From positions 32,001 through 96,000 of the forward strand of contig JBDREQ010000025.1 of NCBI GenBank assembly GCA_043819555.1: a DNA stretch of 64,000 nucleotides, in the 5' to 3' direction. Below the pieces are notes generated by a model that made no database searches, was not told the DNA's origin, and worked only from the letters and a program-made list of their open reading frames with translations. Positions 38,675 to 48,066 of the stretch are shown piece after piece (positions within the stretch are counted from its first letter, which is position 1; each line of letters starts with the position of its first letter). Both the position numbers and the translations under genes were made by a program. Source of the stretch: Candidatus Zixiibacteriota bacterium (GTDB lineage: Bacteria > Zixibacteria > MSB-5A5 > GN15 > JAAZOE01).

Positions 38675-40720
38675 ATGAAGCCGGTAAAATTATCAGCCTT
38701 TTTGGCGCCAATTCGACTTCGCTATTTGTTTTTGGTGACGATGGCATTGGCGGTGATTTTTTTCTCATTAGCATATCTTGGGATTAAAAAAGCCCGACAA
38801 TCTCTGACTAATATTATGGTGACGGAAGGGAAAGCGTTGATTGAATCGCTGACGTTATCGTCCACCAATGCGATTCAATCCGGACTCCTTCTGGAAAGCC
38901 TTTCCGAAGAAAAACTGGTTGAAATAGCGGCCGATGCGCAAACCCAACTTACCGGGATAACGGATTCCGAGAAATTCCGTCTGTTTTGCAAAGATCGGGA
39001 TTTGCTTACTCTTGAAATACTGGATTCATCGCTGGCTGTCATCGGGTCAAATCAGTGGGCTCGCGGGCATATTCCCGATTATCCGAATAAGGTCAAAGCC
39101 GAGATTCTGGAAATACTCCGGTTTAGCGGAGGATATCGCTCTGTCCTAATTTACGGGGAGGATTCGACGGCATCAGTTTCTCAATATTTTGTGTATGAAC
39201 TGGTTCCCACCGATGAAACATCTCCATCGGGAATAATGGTTTTGACGGTTCAGGCAAATTATATTGAACAGATTCTCAGGCAGATCGGAATTGGTTATCT
39301 GATTCAGGAGATTTCCGGTCAGGCCGGAATAGAATATATATTTTTGCAGAGCCACGATGGCATAATATTCTCATCACAAGGATTACCTCCGGTATTGAGC
39401 ATAGACGATGACCCGTTTCTTGCCTCATTGATGCAGGTCGATACTGTCGGCTGGCGCATCAGCCAGTTTGAAGGTTTTGATGTTCTGGAAATTGCCCATC
39501 GCTTTGAGTCCGTTTCTTATCCCCCCGGGATATACCGCATTGGGATGAACCTTGATGAGTTTCATTCCATATCGGCCGGATACGATCGGCAGATTATCAT
39601 CACGGCTATCGTACTGTTTTTGATAACTCTTCTTATTGTCGCCGTGGTATCGATTAATCAAAATTATTTTATTCTCGACAAAACATATCGGCAGATGCAG
39701 TCTCGCACGGAGACGATTTTTGACCAACTGACCAGCGCTGTTTTAGCTTATGACATGAACGGAAGAATTATCGCTGTCAATAACGCCTTTTTTGAAATGA
39801 CCGGAATTGGGTCCAAAAATATTGATGATTCTATCGATGAAATCGTGTCCCGATTACCCTTTGCTTTGCCCCAGGAGTTTTTCTCAGGACAAGCCAGTAT
39901 ATCACAGGAACTGGAGATTAAGACGCCACAAAACCAACTTCGCACAATCCTGCTGGGAGCGACGGAACTTCCAAGTAAGGCGGGCGGAGGCGTGGTAATT
40001 CTGATACATGATATTACCCGGCGCAAGAGGCTCGAAGAAGAAAATCGGCGCCGGGAGAGGCTGGTGGAAATGGGGGATATGGCGGCCGGAGTTGCTCATG
40101 AAATAAGGAATCCTCTAAATGCCATTGGAATCGCCGCGCAGAGACTAAAAATGGAATTTAATCCGCCGGAAGATAACGACGGGTATAATACTCTGACAAA
40201 AAACATTCTTAGTGAAACGGAACGATTGAATCAAATTTTGACCCGGTTTTTGGATTTGGCCCGTTCCAAGGCCATGGAGGATACGCCTGTTGATTTGAAT
40301 GAGGCAATTGAGAGGGGAATAAACAGCGTTGATGATGAAGCCAGGCAAAACGGAATTACGATTAGTTTCCCTGCGGAAAAATCTTTTATGGTGCGCTGCC
40401 AAATTGAAAAATTACAGCAGGTTTTCATAAACCTGATTCGAAACAGCATTCAGGCCATGAAATTTGGAGGAGAGGTAATAATCGACGTTCTCGAAACCGC
40501 CAACGAGGGGGTCGTAATCACTATCTCAGACACCGGGCCGGGATTTGAAGATGAAGTTTTATCCCGGATATTTCAGCCCTATTTTACGACAAAGACGGAT
40601 GGTTCCGGGCTTGGTCTGGCTCTGGCCTATAAGACAATATCCGAATGCGGCGGAACGATTGAGGCGTCAAATCATCCCAACGGCGGAGCAGTAATTAAAA
40701 TAAATCTTCCCATGGCATAA
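38675..40720 (+). CDS. Sensor histidine kinase (periplasmic sensor-PAS-HisKA-HATPase, NtrB/ZraS-like)
   Basis: AAGVAHEIRNPL, QVFINLIRN, DTGPG and PYFTTK..GSGLGL motifs. Confidence 0.92.
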   Translation: MKPVKLSAFLAPIRLRYLFLVTMALAVIFFSLAYLGIKKARQSLTNIMVTEGKALIESLTLSSTNAIQSGLLLESLSEEKLVEIAADAQTQLTGITDSEKFRLFCKDRDLLTLEILDSSLAVIGSNQWARGHIPDYPNKVKAEILEILRFSGGYRSVLIYGEDSTASVSQYFVYELVPTDETSPSGIMVLTVQANYIEQILRQIGIGYLIQEISGQAGIEYIFLQSHDGIIFSSQGLPPVLSIDDDPFLASLMQVDTVGWRISQFEGFDVLEIAHRFESVSYPPGIYRIGMNLDEFHSISAGYDRQIIITAIVLFLITLLIVAVVSINQNYFILDKTYRQMQSRTETIFDQLTSAVLAYDMNGRIIAVNNAFFEMTGIGSKNIDDSIDEIVSRLPFALPQEFFSGQASISQELEIKTPQNQLRTILLGATELPSKAGGGVVILIHDITRRKRLEEENRRRERLVEMGDMAAGVAHEIRNPLNAIGIAAQRLKMEFNPPEDNDGYNTLTKNILSETERLNQILTRFLDLARSKAMEDTPVDLNEAIERGINSVDDEARQNGITISFPAEKSFMVRCQIEKLQQVFINLIRNSIQAMKFGGEVIIDVLETANEGVVITISDTGPGFEDEVLSRIFQPYFTTKTDGSGLGLALAYKTISECGGTIEASNHPNGGAVIKINLPMA

Positions 40721-40774
40721 ATAAATGATCTAAAAAACTCGCATCTTTTAATTTAGCCAAATCCATAAAAATAT

Positions 40775-40804
40775 TTGACAATTGGAACCGATATATGTAC
40801 ATAT
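40775..40804 (+). promoter_or_regulatory. Promoter with palindromic putative ArsR operator
   Basis: TTGACA (40775-40780) followed by the perfect palindrome ATATGTACATAT (40793-40804). Confidence 0.55.
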
Positions 40805-40848
40805 CGTTATGGATATATAATGAGGTGGCCTCAATTAGGGTGATTGGT

Positions 40849-41163
40849 ATGATGAATAATAAGCAATACAGTAAGTACTTCAAGGCCTTTGGCGATCCGT
40901 CCCGGCTGAAAATTCTTGGCTTTCTTTCATCGAAGGAAATGACGGTAAACGATATCGTCAAAAAGATGGATTTGTCTCAGCCAACGATCAGCCGCCATCT
41001 GGCGATATTGAGAGAAGCCGAAATAGTCGTCGATCGCCGCGATGGCCAAAAAGTGTACTACAGTATCAATAGAAACTCCATAAGTAAATGCTGCTGCAGT
41101 TTTTGCGATTGCCTGGAAATTCCGGTCGCGGCTGGTGACAGCAAAAAAAGTAAGAATAAGTAA
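40849..41163 (+). CDS. ArsR/SmtB-family regulator with Cys-rich C-terminus
   Basis: FKAFGDPSRLKIL, SQPTISRHLAILREA and RRDG..VYYS; tail KCCCSFCDC. Start moved to ATG 40849; the ORF track starts at 40795. Confidence 0.9.
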   Translation: MMNNKQYSKYFKAFGDPSRLKILGFLSSKEMTVNDIVKKMDLSQPTISRHLAILREAEIVVDRRDGQKVYYSINRNSISKCCCSFCDCLEIPVAAGDSKKSKNK

Positions 41164-41240
41164 AAAAATTTTGAAACAATAATAGACACATGCGCATATA
41201 AAGATATGTAGATACGCAATAAACGAAGGAGGTGATTAAG

Positions 41241-41447
41241 GTGGAAAAAGATTGCTGCCAGGTTAAAGTAACCGAAATTGATAATGGTTATAAAATCGAA
41301 GTGACCGGGGACGATGTCAAAAGCAAGTTTGCCGATTGCTGCGGACCCAAAATGGGCATGATGAAGATAGAAACATCTGAATGTTGCCCGGATGAGTCGA
41401 AAGGAAAAGCGGGGGACTGTTGCCCCAAAGAAAATAAGAACAAATAA
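41241..41447 (+). CDS. Small Cys-pair-rich protein (68 aa, four CC motifs), possibly metal/metalloid-binding
   Basis: Strong SD AAGGAGGTGAT before GTG 41241; sequence MEKDCC...DCCGP...ECCP...DCCP. Confidence 0.75.
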   Translation: MEKDCCQVKVTEIDNGYKIEVTGDDVKSKFADCCGPKMGMMKIETSECCPDESKGKAGDCCPKENKNK

Positions 41448-41622
41448 AAAAGGGTGTTTTCCGCTTTGTACTTTTTATATAAATCAACTCGAACCAAGGA
41501 GGATATGATGATCCGATTTTAACATTCCGCGAACCGCTCATTGTTGCGAAGGCGCCATGATGGCGTCCCGGGTATGACATAAAACTGCCTGATATATCTT
41601 TAATAATGATTCCTTAATTATT

Positions 41623-41658
41623 AACCCGGCGGGTTTATTAACCAGCCGGGTTTAAAAA
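41623..41658. terminator. Hairpin, probable terminator of the arsR unit
   Basis: AACCCGGC-GGGTT-TATT-AACCA-GCCGGGTT followed by TAAAAA. Confidence 0.5.
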
Positions 41659-41741
41659 TTGCAGTTTTTGGCGAATAAGTATCTTGAGGAAATATCCTGA
41701 ATCGTCAATCCCGCTTGACATAATATAATTCGGAGCATAAT

Positions 41742-42182
41742 TTGGCGTTCATGAAAGAAATTGCCAGATATTCAGGGTGTTTTGTCTGCGGTGAGGGTAA
41801 TCCAATTGGGCTTCAGGCTCGGTTTTACTATGATGGCCGAAAGGCTATAAGCGAAATCACGGCCGATGAGAGATACGCCGGATATAAAAATATAATTCAC
41901 GGCGGCATCCTCGCAACCATGCTCGATGAAATCATGATTAAATCTCTTTTGGCCGAGGATTTATATGTTGTTACGGCCGAGATGACAGTCAGGTTCAAAA
42001 GGCCGGTTTATATCGGTGATAAATTGAGATTTGAGGGATATAAAACCGGAACCAGGGGGCCGGTTTATCTGACTGAGGGAAAAGCGATAAACCAGAACGA
42101 CGATATTATTGCCGAAGCCTCAGGTAAGTATATTGCTCCTAAATCCGAGTTGGCTGATCGGCTTCAGGATTCGGTCGAATAA
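41742..42182 (+). CDS. PaaI-family hotdog-fold thioesterase
   Basis: CFVCG..NP.GL, HGG..AT.LDE and TAEMTVRFKRP motifs. Confidence 0.88.
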   Translation: MAFMKEIARYSGCFVCGEGNPIGLQARFYYDGRKAISEITADERYAGYKNIIHGGILATMLDEIMIKSLLAEDLYVVTAEMTVRFKRPVYIGDKLRFEGYKTGTRGPVYLTEGKAINQNDDIIAEASGKYIAPKSELADRLQDSVE

Positions 42183-42191
42183 CCGACACCA

Positions 42192-44789
42192 TTACTTCAT
42201 TATCACCAGTTTACCCAGTTGCTCCCCGTTATCCGAGAGTACATGCCAAAAATATATGCCGGTTACCACCGCCTGCGTATTGCGACTGATTACATCCCAC
42301 GACTCGTATTGCGATTGCGGTCCACCCTCGGGATTATAATGCTCAATTTCTTTAATCAGATCACCATCGATTGAATAGATTCTGATCTTGCAAACTTTGG
42401 GTAGGTTCATGAAATTAATTTTCCGCGTGCGTTCTGCTGATTTGGTCCTTTGCCGGTTCTCATAACCTTGGCTGGCATAACCGCCGTCGATACGATAGGG
42501 ATTGGGAAAGACAATAACGTCGAGAGCATGTTCTTCAGCATAATCTCCCTGGGGCATGGCGAAATCATTGACCGCATTTGTCATGGGTGAGGATTCGAGG
42601 GCACCAACTTCAAGCTGCAACGAACCATAATCGAAGGTTGTCACCGAAAAGTAAAACGGTATCGACGGTTGAATATTATCAACTGTGTATTCGTATTCGT
42701 AATACCGAATGTGTCCTTCGTCAGTGGTATCGTTCGGATCGTCCTTTGAAGCCCATGGATATATTTTGTGAATGCGATTGGGATTGGATAGATCGGATGT
42801 ATTCCAATCCTGGGGCGTAAAATAGATAAATTCGCCGGTCGCATGATCGACTAAAAACTTTTCCGGATTATTATAATCGAGAGGATTAAAATTGGGGCCG
42901 TATAATTTCTTTAGCGAATCAAGAGTAAAAGGGATTTCGCTTCGTTTCCATTGGAGCGTAATCGAATCATAATAATATCGTTTGAAATCTAAAACATCAT
43001 AAGAATCCAGCAGGACAAAATCCTGAAATCGCTCGGTGGTGGACATATAAACCCGGTAACCCTCAAAGTCTTTTTTGCCCGAGAAAGGATCGGGTGTAGT
43101 TTCAGATATTTGTCCGTTCCATCGGATTGTTACTTTGCCCATTTCCGGAATTGTCCTGATAATTGGCGGCGGAGGCGGGCCAGCGGCTTTGAAATCAGGA
43201 ACTCCGTCCCCGGTATAGAAATATTTATCGCAAAGTTTAAGCATATCATCCGGAGGCGGATCAGTTTCTGTAAAATACAGGGTCGAATCGTCGCCCTGAC
43301 AACTCCAAATATAGCGCCCGGAATCGCCGTTATTATCGGTGTCTACGCCGGGATTATCATAGACCCAGTATGCCCAGCGTGAATTATCTGAAAAATCTTT
43401 GAAATTAAGGGTGTTGTAATACAGGTCAGGATAGTAAGCATCAAAATTCTCGTGAAAATCCCTGGGATTGACGTGGAAATTAACGCCTGCGACAAAGGCT
43501 ATGGTAATGGGAAGCGTATCACCGGGTTCAACATTAAAGGGACCAAAGGAAAGCAGATAGCGAGTGTCAAAACCATTGGCGATATCGGTCGCCATACTTG
43601 GTCGCGGTGGCGGTAAATATCCCCGGCCGGTATGAGAAATGGCTGTATAAAGCTGATCGTAGTCGAATTCTTCATGAGATAAAATATAGTATTTGAGAAT
43701 ATCGCCTATAGGTGTGCCCAAATGAGTTCCAAATGAACGAAACGGGTCTTCATCGGAACCTGCCTTCCGGGGTCCAAAATCCAGGGTTGGATCGCTATTG
43801 GATACCCACCAATTAAAGCTGTAATTTAAATCCGGATTGGGAGTGCGCAAAACTCTTGTCCCGGTAACGCCTCGGGCCGACTGAATATACCAGTACTGCG
43901 GCTGCATGTCGGGAGGACCGGGGTCGCCATCATTATCGGCAATCCAGGCAATATTGACGGTGTCTTTTCGGGGACCGAATCGAGGCGGCATGTCGGCTGT
44001 TCTGAGGAATCCGCATATATCATCATAAGGCCCGTTTTGTCGATTGCCCATGTGGAAAACATCGCCGTCAACATATAGCCCCATATATACTTCTCTAAGC
44101 GGAAAGACATTGATATTAGCAATTTGAAAATCAATTAAAATAAAATCATCGGCGTAACTGTAACTCCAGGCATAAGAACGTTGCACTACAGATATATTGA
44201 GCGGCATATGAGGCCTATTATCAATTTGATTCTCACCTCCCGGAGCGACCATGGTATCAGTATAGTAAGCGATTATGTCCTGCTCAGATTTTGCATCAGG
44301 ATGAAACCCCGGGCGTCCCTTGAGAACTGTTCTGAATTCAAAATTACCGGCCGGATAATAATCTGGATTAAATTCCCGTCCGGTCCAGTTTTCCCAGCCT
44401 GTGGTAGCGCAGGAAACCAGAGTATCGCGTCCTACAATCGCTCCAATCCAGAGAGCGCCTCCAAAAAGGTGATTGACATCCGAGGCTTTTGGGTATTCAC
44501 AGCTGGGAACGACTTCGCCATCATAAACCGTTGACTGATCTCCGGAAAATGCGCCCAGAATACCACTATTGAGCAAAGCCATCCTGATATAACCAATATT
44601 ATGCATGGCCAATTGATAATTGGGTTCAAAATTTGCTGCCGATTTTGTCGAGTTATTTTTATTTAAATCTGGTAATTCAAACGGCGCTCGTGCCAAAGAA
44701 TCTACTGAGAAACAGTAAGTGATAAAGAAGATGCTTATTGTGGTTCTAATTATGCTAAATAATGAATTCATTAAAACTATCCTTTTCAA
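42192..44789 (-). CDS. Large secreted hypothetical protein with FN3-like region and C-terminal sorting-like domain
   Basis: Signal-like N-terminus, SCEYP..S...LFGGALWIGA, PPPP linker, DFEGYRVY and VFPNPY...I.F.NLP..C.I.IYS..G.L...W...GIY..V...GKLVI.K. Confidence 0.65.
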   Translation of the reverse strand: MKRIVLMNSLFSIIRTTISIFFITYCFSVDSLARAPFELPDLNKNNSTKSAANFEPNYQLAMHNIGYIRMALLNSGILGAFSGDQSTVYDGEVVPSCEYPKASDVNHLFGGALWIGAIVGRDTLVSCATTGWENWTGREFNPDYYPAGNFEFRTVLKGRPGFHPDAKSEQDIIAYYTDTMVAPGGENQIDNRPHMPLNISVVQRSYAWSYSYADDFILIDFQIANINVFPLREVYMGLYVDGDVFHMGNRQNGPYDDICGFLRTADMPPRFGPRKDTVNIAWIADNDGDPGPPDMQPQYWYIQSARGVTGTRVLRTPNPDLNYSFNWWVSNSDPTLDFGPRKAGSDEDPFRSFGTHLGTPIGDILKYYILSHEEFDYDQLYTAISHTGRGYLPPPRPSMATDIANGFDTRYLLSFGPFNVEPGDTLPITIAFVAGVNFHVNPRDFHENFDAYYPDLYYNTLNFKDFSDNSRWAYWVYDNPGVDTDNNGDSGRYIWSCQGDDSTLYFTETDPPPDDMLKLCDKYFYTGDGVPDFKAAGPPPPPIIRTIPEMGKVTIRWNGQISETTPDPFSGKKDFEGYRVYMSTTERFQDFVLLDSYDVLDFKRYYYDSITLQWKRSEIPFTLDSLKKLYGPNFNPLDYNNPEKFLVDHATGEFIYFTPQDWNTSDLSNPNRIHKIYPWASKDDPNDTTDEGHIRYYEYEYTVDNIQPSIPFYFSVTTFDYGSLQLEVGALESSPMTNAVNDFAMPQGDYAEEHALDVIVFPNPYRIDGGYASQGYENRQRTKSAERTRKINFMNLPKVCKIRIYSIDGDLIKEIEHYNPEGGPQSQYESWDVISRNTQAVVTGIYFWHVLSDNGEQLGKLVIMK

Positions 44790-45032
44790 ATGAAATAATA
44801 CCAGTCGATGCTACTGACGAATAATAACGCAATTTATCCATTTTTGCCAGTCGATTATGGCGGGAATTACAGTTAAAAAGTAATTGGCTGCAGGTTATGT
44901 CGGCTGACGACATAAATTTGAAATTGTCTGCATAACTTGTTAAAATCATAAAAAATGGTTCGCCGCAAGCCATTGATTTCCAAGGGGTATTTCATCTTAA
45001 CGATCCTATGAGTCGGGCATGATGTTTGCTGA

Positions 45033-45539
45033 TTGCTTCCTATGAAAGATTTTATCAAATGCTATATTTCCGGTAGGCATCAGATTAAGAATGAAAAGGA
45101 AGGGATTGTCTCATTTGCGGTACCCGATTATGGGATATTATTTCGATGCATGGCCTGCGGATCCAGAGCGGAATTGGAGATCATTGCTTTCTTAAGTTTT
45201 TTGAAATTTGCAGAACATAACCTTGATATTTTTAAGACAAGGCAATTGCTGATTTTTACCGATTTCCCGTTACTTGTATATTTAATGAATAATGGCGCCG
45301 TGGGGATGCCGGGAATGCAAGCGGTGGTTGCCGAAGCCAAAAAATATTCCAGAAAGATGGAATTTACAGTCAAATGGATAAATGAAAAAGAGAATCGGTC
45401 CGCCGATTCGGTTGTCAATATTCCTTATATGCCGTTGAAGCATCGGGTGAAGATCAGAACTTTCGCCAATCTGAATATCACCAAACCGGAGAATAATTTA
45501 ACCGGGAATTCAGAAACTTCCGGCGGAATGAATTTATAA
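45033..45539 (+). CDS. Hypothetical protein with degenerate RNase HI-like fold
   Basis: AELE..A, L.IFTD..L.V..MN and WI...EN.SAD segments resemble RNase HI. The N-terminal catalytic DG is replaced by SG. Confidence 0.5.
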   Translation: MLPMKDFIKCYISGRHQIKNEKEGIVSFAVPDYGILFRCMACGSRAELEIIAFLSFLKFAEHNLDIFKTRQLLIFTDFPLLVYLMNNGAVGMPGMQAVVAEAKKYSRKMEFTVKWINEKENRSADSVVNIPYMPLKHRVKIRTFANLNITKPENNLTGNSETSGGMNL

Positions 45540-45585
45540 TCCAAATCTCAACTATTATTCTCTTCAGGTGTATAACATAAAGGTT

Positions 45586-45607
45586 GCGCCATGTGGCGTT
45601 TTTTTTT
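45586..45607 (+). terminator. Intrinsic terminator
   Basis: GCGCCA-TG-TGGCGT followed by a T tract. Confidence 0.65.
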
Positions 45608-45657
45608 ATTGTTGAACCTAATGTAATTGGCATTTTGGCATTGAGTGAGTGAAGGAA

Positions 45658-46781
45658 ATGATTCAACAGATTAAAGCATCGCGAATAATTTTATGGGCAT
45701 TGGCGTTCATCTTTCTGGGCGCCTTACCGGTATCGGCTTTGAAATTGATAAACTATATTCAATACCTCTCGATAAAAGCGGCCGCGTTATAGGCTCTCTT
45801 CGAGGAAACTACCTTATTTATACGCGCCCTAATATAAAAATGTATAATAACAGCGGCCGCGAGATTTTTTCGCGCAGCCTGAAAAATAATGTTAAACCGA
45901 AGCTTTCCCCCAATGGTGAACAATTGGGATTGATTACTTACGCGGATAATTCCCCGACCAGTATTAAGACCATCAAATTTGAATTATTTGATCGTAATGG
46001 AAAGTATCAATGGGCCATGGATATGCCTGCTCCCAATGATTTTATTCTCACAAATTCGGGGAAGATATTTGGCATAGAGGGGGCTTTGGGCATCTCTCCG
46101 GTTCGAGTGCATTTATTCAGCGAATTTGGCGACCTGGTTAATATTTTGACATTTGAAGATGATTATAAGGCTATAGAAATTACTCCCAATGGCAAAAAAT
46201 TTGTTATAGATCGCTCGTACAACGGTTACTTTGTATATGATTCAACTGGTAACTTGCTAAAGAAAATTCCCGAATGCACCAAATTTGTTTTTGACCGGGA
46301 TGATCGTTATTTTGGAGTGTTTTTTCAAAAGTATTTTCACTTGTATCAGGATGAAAACGAAATCAAAGCCATAGAAACCGAGGAATTTGAAATTAAAGAA
46401 ATGGCGATGAATGTAGAGGCTAATGTTTTGGTATTGTTATCGAAAAGCCTGATTGAAGTTTATGAATTGACATCGGGAAAACAGCTTTGGAAATATCAAT
46501 TCGCGGACAAGGATAATCGATTTACAGTATTGGATTTGAGTGATGATGGAGAATTCCTCGTTTGCGGGCTGGATAAAAGCAAAGGAATCAAAGCGCCCAA
46601 GGAAGAAAGGCATGTTGAAGGAGAAATATACCTGATTCCAACTAATGGCAAAACAATGTTCAGACAACGGGCGAATTACAAGGAATGGAACCCTGATTTC
46701 CCAAAAGGATTTTTTGGCTCAGGAAATAGAAGCGTATTTATGCTGACAAAAGAGGAATTGATTAAATATAGAATCAACTAA
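45658..46781 (+). pseudogene. Exported beta-propeller-like protein with an apparent 1-nt frameshift at ~45738-45740 (pseudogene or assembly error)
   Basis: GAAGGA SD plus ATG 45658 encodes a signal peptide (MIQQIKASRIILWALAFIFLGALPVSA) that is out of frame with the 45693..46781 ORF. One extra T gives ...VSA-FEIDKLY.... Confidence 0.65.
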
Positions 46782-46812
46782 CCTTCTCGCGGCAAGTTTT
46801 TGCATAAATTTG

Positions 46813-46845
46813 AATGGCCGATGCCAATTTCGGCCATTTTTTTTT
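46813..46845 (+). terminator. Intrinsic terminator
   Basis: AATGGCCGA/TCGGCCATT stem followed by a T tract. Confidence 0.8.
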
Positions 46846-46965
46846 GCTTCAGATTCAAAATAATCTTAACCCGTCGTCTTTTGTCTGTAAGTCATTGGTA
46901 GGCGGGGATAAAAATCTATTTAAGCTAATGACCTTTTCCGTTTTTTTGAGTTAATTTACGGCATT

Positions 46966-47814
46966 GTGTTTGCTCAAATGGATTCAAATAGAAGTTTAAA
47001 ACAGGATTCAGGCATGATTGACACTTTGAAAATTATTCCAATTGAGCAAATTGTACCGTTCGAAAATTATTCCGACGAACATGCTAACCGGCAAATAAAT
47101 GAGTTGAAATTACTGGGCACTCTCAGAAATCCACTTCTGGTGTATCCAATTAAGGATAGATTTCTCCTCCTTGATGATTCCTGTACAATAAAAGCACTAA
47201 ATACGTTGAACATCGATCATGTGCCGGTTCAAATCGCGAGTAAGGATAAAGTGTCGATTTACCCCTGGCAAAAAGTGGTCGAAGGATGGCATTATCCAGA
47301 TTTAGTTAAATTTTGTGAGAAATTTCCGCGACAGATTAAGATACTGATGGAGGCATCAGGTAAATTGCGTCGGGATGAGGCTGAGTTTCGATTTAGAGAC
47401 CGACAAGTCGTAAGATTGAGATTTGTTTCAGACTCATTCTGGGTTCGAGCCGATATTTATTGCAAACTTTATAAGGATATAGCCTGGAGCCGAAAAAGCT
47501 ATCGGGCAAGTCTGGAGTATAATCATCATTTGCAATTTACAGAACATCCCAAGGCGTCGGCGGTAATATTTCCTATTTGTTTTAACATGGATGAATTATC
47601 CGAATTCGCTCAAAAAGGAGCATTGCTTCCCAGAGGTATAGTTCGGGGCGATCTGCCGGGAAGAATCTTAGGCATTGATTATTCGCTGGCAATACTGAAA
47701 GAAAAGGTCGGAGTGGAAGATAAAGAGTTATTTTTGAGGGAATTGATAGAGATGAGGATGAAGGCCGATCGAACGACTTATTATTTTGGAAAGGTATTTG
47801 TCTTTAACAGCTAA
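46966..47814 (+). CDS. SbnI-like ParB/Srx-domain protein with degenerate active-site motif
   Basis: LKIIP...I...E, LRNPLLV, VPVQ...SI..WQ, KG.LLP.G..R..L.GR.L......L..LK and Y..KVFV recall S. aureus SbnI. DGxHR is replaced by DDSCT. Confidence 0.6.
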   Translation: MFAQMDSNRSLKQDSGMIDTLKIIPIEQIVPFENYSDEHANRQINELKLLGTLRNPLLVYPIKDRFLLLDDSCTIKALNTLNIDHVPVQIASKDKVSIYPWQKVVEGWHYPDLVKFCEKFPRQIKILMEASGKLRRDEAEFRFRDRQVVRLRFVSDSFWVRADIYCKLYKDIAWSRKSYRASLEYNHHLQFTEHPKASAVIFPICFNMDELSEFAQKGALLPRGIVRGDLPGRILGIDYSLAILKEKVGVEDKELFLRELIEMRMKADRTTYYFGKVFVFNS

Positions 47815-47832
47815 TAATAAATCTTGTTTTAG

Positions 47833-47867
47833 AAACCCGGCTATGATAGTATTAGTCGGGTTTTTTT
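47833..47867 (+). terminator. Terminator-like hairpin directly before the ferredoxin start, overlapping a possible sigma70 promoter
   Basis: AAACCCGGCTA/TAGTCGGGTTT stem plus T7; TTGTTT-N17-TAGTAT at 47824-47852. Confidence 0.55.
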
Positions 47868-48056
47868 ATGCTGACTATCGATTCAAGGACATGTCATGAA
47901 TGCGCCGGATGTATTTCGCTATGTCCGGATTTTGCCCTGTATTTAGATATTGATGGATTACAAGTCAGACAGGATGATTGTTCTTTATGCGAAATTTGCA
48001 TTGAGTTTTGTCCGGTCGGTTCATTAAAGGTTCAATCTCAAAATCTGCAAACCTGA
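47868..48056 (+). CDS. 2[4Fe-4S] ferredoxin
   Basis: CHECAGCISLCP and CSLCEICIEFCP. Confidence 0.92.
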   Translation: MLTIDSRTCHECAGCISLCPDFALYLDIDGLQVRQDDCSLCEICIEFCPVGSLKVQSQNLQT

Positions 48057-48066
48057 GGGGGCCGAT

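Noticed and set aside
46789..46805. Sigma54 promoter GGCAAGTTTTTGCA
   Set aside because: GG-GC spacing is 9 rather than 10, and it lies just before a terminator.
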